Position numbers and translations under genes: made by a program. A DNA stretch of 16,336 nucleotides from an archaeon (GTDB taxonomy: Archaea > Iainarchaeota > Iainarchaeia > Iainarchaeales > 1-14-0-10-31-34). The notes beneath the pieces were generated by a model. The model was not told where the DNA came from. It did no database searches and saw only the letters and a program-made list of their open reading frames with translations. Position 1 is the first letter of the stretch. Each line of letters opens with the position of its first letter. This document shows, piece by piece, positions 7,658 to 14,819 of the stretch. The DNA lies in contig JBDRFE010000052.1 in NCBI GenBank assembly GCA_043819075.1, positions 1 to 16,336 of the forward strand, written 5' to 3'.

Positions 7658-8011
7658 TTAGCTAGTTTTGTATCCAAATTTTCTGTCATAGTTTTTGTGG
7701 TCCATCCACTTGAGGATGACTGCAACGATTTTGACTGAATCGCCTTTGATGGTGTAAAGCAATCTCCATGCATTTGGCAAGTCATATTTCCACAAGTTGT
7801 TTATTCCGTATTTTTGTATGTATTCTTTTGGCCAAAGTCTTTTTGCTATTTTTATGCCAACAAAAGGGTTTTCTTTCAAGTCATCAATAGCCCTGTCAAT
7901 GAATCCATAAAGCGTTTTGTCTTCAAACTTTCCTTGTTTGAGCTTGTCGAAAGCATTTCTCGTCGATTCTTCAATAAAGGTTACTTGTTTTGTTCTTTTG
8001 TCTTCTTTCAT
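7658..8011 (-). CDS. RelE/ParE-superfamily toxin-like protein
   Basis: 117 aa. The pattern I..AI..LKENP..G...LWKYDL...WRLLYTI...HKNYDR resembles RelE/HigB-type folds. Start overlaps the upstream gene's stop (ATGA). Confidence 0.6.
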   Translation of the reverse strand: MKEDKRTKQVTFIEESTRNAFDKLKQGKFEDKTLYGFIDRAIDDLKENPFVGIKIAKRLWPKEYIQKYGINNLWKYDLPNAWRLLYTIKGDSVKIVAVILKWMDHKNYDRKFGYKTS

Positions 8012-8298
8012 CTGACCACTAGCTTTGGGTTTTTCAAGATTTTCCTGACTCCTTCAGGATCCCAAATCCAAACTATTGCTCCGTCTTTGTCTAGGTAAAT
8101 CTTGCCAGAATACTCCAAATAATCAATAATTGTGTTGAATGTCTGGTACATTATCTTTTTTGGCAGGTTTCTCAAAAGCTCTGCTTTGGTAGGATATTCT
8201 TTGGCCTTTTGGATTGCTTTCTCTACCATGAGAACAGTATCGAGGCGCGGATACCTAAGAATGCTCTTAGGCGCGAAAATGGTTTCAGTTTTAGACAA
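8008..8298 (-). CDS. Small winged-helix-like protein, putative antitoxin/autoregulator
   Basis: 96 aa. TK.EL...LP......TF..IIDYLE.SGKI...DG.IVW suggests wHTH. TTG start preceded by an SD-like AGTGAT. Coupled to the toxin-like gene. Confidence 0.6.
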   Translation of the reverse strand: MSKTETIFAPKSILRYPRLDTVLMVEKAIQKAKEYPTKAELLRNLPKKIMYQTFNTIIDYLEYSGKIYLDKDGAIVWIWDPEGVRKILKNPKLVVR

Positions 8299-8306
8299 AT
8301 TGTATC

Positions 8307-8326
8307 ACTATATCAATTGATATAGT
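8307..8326. promoter_or_regulatory. Perfect 20-bp palindrome, probable operator
   Basis: ACTATATCAA-TTGATATAGT, lying between the TATA box (8331-8338) and the start codon (8298). Confidence 0.7.
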
Positions 8327-8330
8327 AACT

Positions 8331-8346
8331 TTATTTAAGCTTTTCT
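8331..8346 (-). promoter_or_regulatory. BRE + TATA box of the wHTH/RelE-like operon
   Basis: Minus strand AGAAAAG-C-TTAAATAA, about 33-48 nt upstream of the TTG start. Confidence 0.6.
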
Positions 8347-8496
8347 GCCAGACTTTTTGGGCGTTGTTTCAATAATCAGGTTAACGGAGTTTGCAAATCA
8401 TTCCCCGTCTAATTTGTTTGTCTCCCATAAGAATAATAAGATGTCAAAGAAACATAATAAATTTATCATTAGACTAAAAAAAGTTAAAACCATCAA

Positions 8497-8542
8497 TAAA
8501 AAGAGAAAGAGGAAAGCTTTGAACTTTCCTCCTTTGCCTTTT
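8497..8542. terminator. Terminator-like hairpin with A-rich and T-rich flanks
   Basis: Perfect 8-bp stem GAGGAAAG(8509-8516)/CTTTCCTC(8524-8531), extendable with bulges. T-rich runs follow it on both strands. Confidence 0.4.
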
Positions 8543-8659
8543 GTTGTTTTCCTTTGCAGAATCCGGGGTGATATACCCGCCAATAAATAGCATCTTTTGC
8601 TTTAATAACTTTTCGTTGTTAGGAATCCAAACAAAAACAAGAAAAAAGATTAGTAATCG

Positions 8660-9058
8660 TTATTTGTGGCTTTGTACGGGATTTTTTGTGTCAAGCAAGC
8701 CAAATGATCCGTGAATGAACTGGAAAATAATTGTAATCCAGATAGCAAAAACTATTAGGTAAAAGAAAGGGTTTGATAAGCCAAGGAATAAAAGCGCTAT
8801 AAGCAAGCCAAAGTACACCCATTTATAGACAAAAAAGTTGATTCCCATAAACAACAGCCAGCACAAAATTAATACCTGCACAACATAAAAGTGTTCAATA
8901 AACCTTATCATTGAAAGAAAGCCGAGAATCATTACAAGATAGTAAATTCTTGTCCAGCCTTTATTCCAGGCAATGGTAATGAAAATTATTGCACCAAACA
9001 TTGCCCAAAGCCAGAAATCAAACTGCACTAAAAAGTCAGCAAAAAACTGTGAAACCAT
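8660..9058 (-). CDS. Hypothetical polytopic membrane protein (paralog A)
   Basis: 132 aa, almost entirely hydrophobic. Aligns without gaps to the 12576-12962 product. Confidence 0.8.
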   Translation of the reverse strand: MVSQFFADFLVQFDFWLWAMFGAIIFITIAWNKGWTRIYYLVMILGFLSMIRFIEHFYVVQVLILCWLLFMGINFFVYKWVYFGLLIALLFLGLSNPFFYLIVFAIWITIIFQFIHGSFGLLDTKNPVQSHK

Positions 9059-9159
9059 ACAAAAAAATTGAGCAAAACAATATAAAAATGCTACATAATT
9101 GTTTTTTCGTGGATTAACGAAGAAAATTAGTTTTAAGCATATTCTATTTGATTTTTTTG

Positions 9160-10599
9160 ATGAATCAATTGGAAAAGCAGGAAAAAGAAAGGAAAATCGG
9201 CTTTACTTTAAAGCATTTCCCTGAAGAAAAAAAAAGAAAAATTCTTGACAAAAGAGATGACACAGAATTAATTGAAAGCCTTGAAGGGGAACTGATTTAT
9301 CTTATAACAGGGATTCCAGAGCTTTCCCCTGAAGAAGCAGAGACAGCGAAAAACATTTTAGAGGGAATACAGAAAAAAGAAGAAAAAATTTGCATAGAAG
9401 GGATTCAAAAAGAAATTGATTTTTACTGTGAAAAACAGTGGATTAAATTAGAGGAAAAACAGAATAATTACATCAGGAAAGTAATTGAAGCAAATGTCTT
9501 TGGTTTTGGGGCAATGGATTTTATTTTAAAAGACAATTCAATTGAAGAAATAAGCGTCATAGGAAAAGAAAAAAACGTTTTTGTTTTCAAGAAAAACTTT
9601 GGCTGGATGAAAACAAACCTGTATTACCTGAACGAGGAAAGCATTGTGAATTTAGCCAACAAAATGTCTAGGACAATCGGAAGAAGGCTGACTTTACAGA
9701 ACCCAAAGCTTAACTCAGTGCTTCCGAACGGTGAAAGAATTAATGCAATAACAGAGCCAGTTGCTTCTTCTGCGACAATAACAATAAGGAAATTCAAGGA
9801 AAACCCTTTTACTCCAATAGAATTAATTGAAAACAAAACTTTTAGCTCAGAGTTAATGGCTTTCTTGTGGCTTGCAATGCAGACTGACACAAGCATTGTG
9901 ATTGCAGGCAACACCGGAAGCGGGAAAACAACTTCAATGAACGCATTGTTTTCTTTTGTGGACAAAAAAGAAAGAATTGTAATCACAGAAGAAACACCTG
10001 AAATTTCTTTGCCGCAGGAACACCAAATAAAGCTTATTACAGCAGAAAATTTAGGAATTGGAATGCAGGAATTGATTGTAAACACTTTAAGGATGAGGCC
10101 TGACAGGATTATTGTAGGCGAAATAAGGGAAAAAAACGAGGCAAAAGCTTTCATTGACACCCTGCTTGCAGGCCAGGGAAAAGGAAGTTATGCAACTTTT
10201 CATGCATTGACTGGAAAAGAATGCATTACAAGAATGAAAAATCTTGGCTTAATGGAAATGGATATTGCGGCAATAGACTTAATTTTAGTGCAGAAAAGAT
10301 GGAATTCAGTTAACTTAGAAAAAGGGATTAAAAGAGAGGAAAGGCATTTAATTGAAGCCAGCGAAACAGTGAACGAAGACGGGAAAACAGGGTTAAACAC
10401 TTTATTTGAATTTGATTTCAGCAGGAAAAAACTCCTGAAAAAAAATCCAAGCATCAGGGTGAAAAACAAGATAAAACAGTGTTTTGGCTTTAACGAAAAA
10501 GAGTTCAGGAGAGAATTAAGCAAAAGGAAAAAAGTTCTTGAAAAAATGAAGGGAAAAAATATTTCACTGAAAGAACTGCATGAAAAAATATTTTTTTAA
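9160..10599 (+). CDS. Type IV pilus / type II-IV secretion ATPase (TadA/CpaF/VirB11-like)
   Basis: ITIRKF, Walker A GNTGSGKTT, Asp-box ITEETPEI, Walker B LRMRPDRIIVGEIR, His-box ATFHA. The ATG at 9160 is preferred over TTG 9148. Confidence 0.92.
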   Translation: MNQLEKQEKERKIGFTLKHFPEEKKRKILDKRDDTELIESLEGELIYLITGIPELSPEEAETAKNILEGIQKKEEKICIEGIQKEIDFYCEKQWIKLEEKQNNYIRKVIEANVFGFGAMDFILKDNSIEEISVIGKEKNVFVFKKNFGWMKTNLYYLNEESIVNLANKMSRTIGRRLTLQNPKLNSVLPNGERINAITEPVASSATITIRKFKENPFTPIELIENKTFSSELMAFLWLAMQTDTSIVIAGNTGSGKTTSMNALFSFVDKKERIVITEETPEISLPQEHQIKLITAENLGIGMQELIVNTLRMRPDRIIVGEIREKNEAKAFIDTLLAGQGKGSYATFHALTGKECITRMKNLGLMEMDIAAIDLILVQKRWNSVNLEKGIKREERHLIEASETVNEDGKTGLNTLFEFDFSRKKLLKKNPSIRVKNKIKQCFGFNEKEFRRELSKRKKVLEKMKGKNISLKELHEKIFF

Positions 10600-10608
10600 G
10601 GGAAAAAA

Positions 10609-11466
10609 ATGCGCGAAAAAAGAATGGAAACAAAAATAAACTGGATTATTCCTGCAGGAGAAAAATTGCAGGAAAAAATCACGGAAATAATTTTAGTAAA
10701 AGAAGCTGACCTAAAAAAAGCCGGCATAAGTTTAACTGAAAAAGAGTTCAGCAAAAAAGCAGTGAAATATTCTTTGATTGCAGGAAGCGTTTCAGCAATA
10801 ACTTTTTTTGCTTTCACCGGAATAATTAATTCAGTGCTTTTCGGAATAATTGCTTTCTTGCTGGGAATTTTTTTCTCCAAAAGAATTCCTTTAATGCTCA
10901 AGCAAAAAAAGGCAAAAAAAGTGGAAAAACACCTTGCGTTTGCTTTGATGGCAATGGCAGTTGAAATGAACATTAACTTAAGCTTTGAAAAAATCCTGAA
11001 AAACATTTCAGACGGGAATTACGGTGAATTTTCTATTGAAATAAAAAAAACAATAAAAGAAATTGAATCAGGGGCATCAATTCAGGAAGCATTATTCAAT
11101 TTAAGCGAAAGAACTGACTCAAAAATGCTTAAGAGAAGCATTTCACAGATTACAAGCATTTACGAGCACGGCTCGGAAGAAAAAGGCGAACCAATAAAAC
11201 AGCTTGCAAGAGAACTTCTTTCAAGGCAGAAAACAGAAGCAAAAGAATTCACTGAAAAAATGATTATGTATTCTGTTGTGTTCATTGTATTGTCTGCAAT
11301 AATTCCTGCAATGTTCCAGGCATTTATTTCAATCGGAAGCACTTTCATGGAACTGGACTTTACTGGATTAGAAGTACTGCTGATTACAACAGTTTTTTTT
11401 CCTGCAGTCAATTTAGGAATACTGCTTTTGATTAAAAGCAAGACACCTGAATTCCTGAAAGGGTAA
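10609..11466 (+). CDS. Type II secretion system F family membrane platform protein (TadB/TadC-like)
   Basis: Two N-terminal TM helices, the T2SSF-like YGE.S.EI......IESG.S..EAL..L.ER.DS..L.R, and C-terminal TM helices. Follows the ATPase. Confidence 0.85.
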   Translation: MREKRMETKINWIIPAGEKLQEKITEIILVKEADLKKAGISLTEKEFSKKAVKYSLIAGSVSAITFFAFTGIINSVLFGIIAFLLGIFFSKRIPLMLKQKKAKKVEKHLAFALMAMAVEMNINLSFEKILKNISDGNYGEFSIEIKKTIKEIESGASIQEALFNLSERTDSKMLKRSISQITSIYEHGSEEKGEPIKQLARELLSRQKTEAKEFTEKMIMYSVVFIVLSAIIPAMFQAFISIGSTFMELDFTGLEVLLITTVFFPAVNLGILLLIKSKTPEFLKG

Positions 11467-11486
11467 AAAAAAAAGAAGGCAATAAA

Positions 11487-12581
11487 ATGGAAAAAGAAAC
11501 AACAGGAATAAAAACAATAAAAGAATTAAAAAAAATTGTTAAAGAAATCAATAAAATAAAAAAACAGTTAGCCGGAAAAGCAAAAGCACTGCGGAAAAAC
11601 TTTTTTAAAACAGGTAAAAACAGGAAAACAAGGATAAAAGAAACAACAGAATCTAAAACAGAAAACACAAGCAAAATTGAATTGATTTTCGGAAAAGAAA
11701 GAATCAAAAATTTCAGCGAAACCCTGGAAGAAAACAATTCAGGGAAAAAAGCAGAAGAATTAATCAAATTATATCTTGCTTTTGGAGCAGCAACTGCAGT
11801 TATTTCTGTTGCAGTTTCTTTTATTGCAGGGCTTGATTTAATTTATTCAGGCATTCTTTTCGCTTTAAGCTTTTTTTTGCCTGGACTGCTGCATTATTTT
11901 TTCCATTTATTCAAGTTTGAAAAAAACAAAAGGGAAAAAGAGAATTTAGTGCCGGACATTTTACTACAGGCGAGCATTTTCCCAAAAGGAACGCCGATAA
12001 TAAAAATAATCAAGTATATTTCTGAATCAGATTACGGCTTAATGTCAAAAGAATTCAATAAAGCATTCAGTGAAACAGAAAAAGGAAAAACAATAGAGGA
12101 CTCATTAAAAGACATCAGCCTGAGATGCAAAAGCGAAATAATTTCCAGGACAATGAATTTGCTTATTCAGGGAAACCGGTCTGGCGCAGAAATGAATAAA
12201 GTGTTCAAGGAAACAGCAGAAGACATTCTTGAAACACAATCAATAATAAAAGAAAGAATTGCTTCAACGTTTATCCAGAAATACACTCTTATTCTTGCAG
12301 GAGGAATAATTGTTCCGGCTTTGCTTGGGTTGATTGTAGGATTCATTAATGAAATGAGTTTTTTGGGAATAAACGAGTTAGGTTTGGGAATGCCGGCAGA
12401 ACAAAGAAAAGAAATAATTGAAGCAGCGTTAACAGCAAACCAAATTTACTTAATAGAGTATGCGTTAATTGCATCGGTTTTTATTGCACAACAAGAAGGC
12501 AACACAAAAAAGGCTTTAGTTTATGCATTGATTTTAATTCCCTTGGGAGTTGTGTGCTATAATCTTGCACTGCTTTTATAG
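11487..12581 (+). CDS. Second type II secretion system F family protein (TadC-like) with basic N-terminal extension
   Basis: VPD.L.......G......I......YG..S.EF......E.G...EDSL....R..S....R...L......SG, flanked by TM helices. Confidence 0.85.
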   Translation: MEKETTGIKTIKELKKIVKEINKIKKQLAGKAKALRKNFFKTGKNRKTRIKETTESKTENTSKIELIFGKERIKNFSETLEENNSGKKAEELIKLYLAFGAATAVISVAVSFIAGLDLIYSGILFALSFFLPGLLHYFFHLFKFEKNKREKENLVPDILLQASIFPKGTPIIKIIKYISESDYGLMSKEFNKAFSETEKGKTIEDSLKDISLRCKSEIISRTMNLLIQGNRSGAEMNKVFKETAEDILETQSIIKERIASTFIQKYTLILAGGIIVPALLGLIVGFINEMSFLGINELGLGMPAEQRKEIIEAALTANQIYLIEYALIASVFIAQQEGNTKKALVYALILIPLGVVCYNLALLL

Positions 12582-12962
12582 AGTTTTTTTGCTGTTTATT
12601 TTTTTAAGGGTTGAAAAAATGAAATTAGATAAAGTTATAGTGTAAATCACAAAAACAAGGATATAAAAAAATGCGTTGCCCAAGCCAAGCAGCATTAAGA
12701 CCACAAACAAAAGAAAAAGGATTTCCTTTGAAACAAAAAACTTTGTTCCTGTAAAAAGAAACCATAAAGCCATAATCGTTGTTGCAAAAAAAAAGTTTTC
12801 AATAAAATAAAGAATCAGCAGATAGCCGATTACAATAACAATCAGCAAAATCTTTTCATTTCTTTTTCCTGAAAAAAACTGTATTGCAACACACACCCAT
12901 ATAAGCACAGTAATAAGCAGCTGGAATACTTCAAGCAGGCCTGAAAAAGATTCTGCAACCAT
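12576..12962 (-). CDS. Hypothetical polytopic membrane protein (paralog B)
   Basis: The ATG at 12962 (MVAESF) was chosen because it aligns with the start of paralog A. 128 aa, hydrophobic. Confidence 0.78.
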   Translation of the reverse strand: MVAESFSGLLEVFQLLITVLIWVCVAIQFFSGKRNEKILLIVIVIGYLLILYFIENFFFATTIMALWFLFTGTKFFVSKEILFLLFVVLMLLGLGNAFFYILVFVIYTITLSNFIFSTLKKINSKKTL

Positions 12963-13072
12963 GAAATAAAAAAACTGTTTAACTGCTAATAAACTTTTTG
13001 CAAATCCCGAGAAAAACATACTTTAATAAACTCTAATAACCTTTTTTTATTAAATTAAAAAAGGTGGATTTA

Positions 13073-13822
13073 ATGGCAAAAGAAGAGGCAAAAATCAGTT
13101 TTATTGAAAAAACTCAGATTAATTTTTCAGGTTACACTTTAATTGAAGGCTTTCCCGGAATGGGTTTAGTTGGAACAATCGGCGCAAAATACCTTTCAGA
13201 AAAACTCAAGTTCGAGGAAGTCGGTTTCATTGATACAAATATTTTTATCCCGATAATAAGGATTCATGACGGCACCCCAGTTAATCCTTCAAGAATTTAT
13301 GTTCACAGGGAAAAAAAGCTTGCAATAATTATTTCAGAACAAATAATTCCAAAATATTACGTTGAAAAAATGGCTAAAGCAATAGTTGAATGGATTGAAG
13401 AAAACAATTTTGCAAGATTAATTTCATTGGAAGGAATCAGCGCAGGAGAAAAAAATCAGAACAAAATTTATGGAATAGGGGCAAATGAAAAATCCCTTCA
13501 ATTGCTTGAAAAATTCAAGATACAGCCGATAAAAGAAGGAATCACAACAGGAATAACTTCTTTGATTCTGCTTGAACTAAAGAAAAACAAAGACTTTGAA
13601 GCAATAAGCATTTTAGGCAATGCAAACATGCAGGCAGACTACAAGGCAGCGGCAACAATAATAAAAAAACTGTCTGAAATAATCGGGCTGCCAGTTGACA
13701 CAGAGCCATTAATGGAAGAAGCAAAAAAGACAGAAAAAGAGTTGTTAACGCATTTCGAAAACCTCAGGAAAACATCAGGCAAAGTAGACAAATTTGAAAG
13801 CCACACGCCAATGTACACATAA
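13073..13822 (+). CDS. Proteasome assembly chaperone PAC2 family protein
   Basis: LIEGFPGMGLVGTIGAKYL, P.RIY, I.LEG, G..TGIT..IL, D..AA. The SD-like AGGTGG just upstream of ATG 13073 supports this start. Confidence 0.9.
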   Translation: MAKEEAKISFIEKTQINFSGYTLIEGFPGMGLVGTIGAKYLSEKLKFEEVGFIDTNIFIPIIRIHDGTPVNPSRIYVHREKKLAIIISEQIIPKYYVEKMAKAIVEWIEENNFARLISLEGISAGEKNQNKIYGIGANEKSLQLLEKFKIQPIKEGITTGITSLILLELKKNKDFEAISILGNANMQADYKAAATIIKKLSEIIGLPVDTEPLMEEAKKTEKELLTHFENLRKTSGKVDKFESHTPMYT

Positions 13823-13861
13823 AAATTTATTAAATAGAAAAGCCATTAATTAAATGATAAT

Positions 13862-14812
13862 ATGCCCAAAAAACCTGTTAAACCAAAATCTTTAGGCGGC
13901 GTTGGAAAAAGCGGGGGAACACACGTATTCTATCATCCGATAAAAGTTACAGTTCAGACAAGAAAAACCGCTAAAAAAACTGCTAAACCAAAAGCAGCAA
14001 CAACAAAAAAACCAGCTGCAAAAAAGCCTGTTCCAAGAAAAACAACTGCAAAAACAGGAGCAAAAAAAACAACAGCAGGAAAAAAAACAGCACCGCATGC
14101 ACAAGCGGAAACAGCCCATTCAGATTCTCATTCATCTCATGAAACTGCATCCCATTCAGCTCATGAACACAGGGAAAAAACTGTGCGAGAAATCTTTGAA
14201 GACGAAAGAAAAAAATTTATTGCAGATGAAGCACACAAAAAAGAACACGAATTAAGGGAAAAAATAAGAGACAATTTAAAGCAGGTTGAAGCATTAGAGG
14301 CTGCAGTGAAATTCCAGAAATTCACTATGTTAGTAATAAATGACCATGCATTCAGAAAAAAAATGGGTTTATATTCAATGGATGAAATAAAAAAATTAAA
14401 GAGAAATCCTGCAGAATATGAAAGAGCTAAAGCTGAAGCAAAAAAAAATAATCTTGCATGGGCAAACGACCCTAATTTTCTTAGAGGGCATGAGCCAAGA
14501 ATAGCTGAAATAGAAAGAAGAGCCCCTGAAATGGCAAGAAAAATGAACTGGGAATCAATATTCCAGAAAGCACTAGGAAACAAGTTTGAGGCATTATGGA
14601 AAAGCCTTGGATTACAAAGATTAACAAATATTCCGGTGAATCCATCAAAAGTATTCCAGATAGCTACAATAAGACAATTAAGGGAACATTATGCAAAAAA
14701 ACACTGGCTGATGAAAGCAAACACCCAAATCATTCTTGACAGATACAGGGGAAGGCTTGAATACTGGAAAGAAAAAGAAGCAGAAATGAATAGGTCAAAT
14801 AAAAAAATTTAA
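13862..14812 (+). CDS. Hypothetical basic protein with histone H1-like N-terminus and His/Ser-rich linker
   Basis: 316-aa ORF with genome-typical composition. K/A/T/P low-complexity region, His-rich stretch, then a helical-looking domain. Candidate TATA TTTATTAA at 13826-13833. Confidence 0.75.
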   Translation: MPKKPVKPKSLGGVGKSGGTHVFYHPIKVTVQTRKTAKKTAKPKAATTKKPAAKKPVPRKTTAKTGAKKTTAGKKTAPHAQAETAHSDSHSSHETASHSAHEHREKTVREIFEDERKKFIADEAHKKEHELREKIRDNLKQVEALEAAVKFQKFTMLVINDHAFRKKMGLYSMDEIKKLKRNPAEYERAKAEAKKNNLAWANDPNFLRGHEPRIAEIERRAPEMARKMNWESIFQKALGNKFEALWKSLGLQRLTNIPVNPSKVFQIATIRQLREHYAKKHWLMKANTQIILDRYRGRLEYWKEKEAEMNRSNKKI

Positions 14813-14819
14813 GCAAAAA

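Noticed and set aside
8521..8531. GAGGAAAGTTC (minus strand) resembling RNase P RNA conserved region I
   Set aside because: It is one arm of a local hairpin. No P4 partner or ~300-nt GC-rich body follows.
8357..8590. 77-aa (+) and 61-aa (-) ORFs in the intergenic gap
   Set aside because: TTG starts, low-complexity translations driven by A/T runs, and no recognisable motif.
8565..8612. Fluoride or preQ1 riboswitch-like look of GGTGATATACCCGCCAATAAATAGC
   Set aside because: Lacks the pseudoknot and conserved 3' elements, and there is no suitable downstream plus-strand gene.
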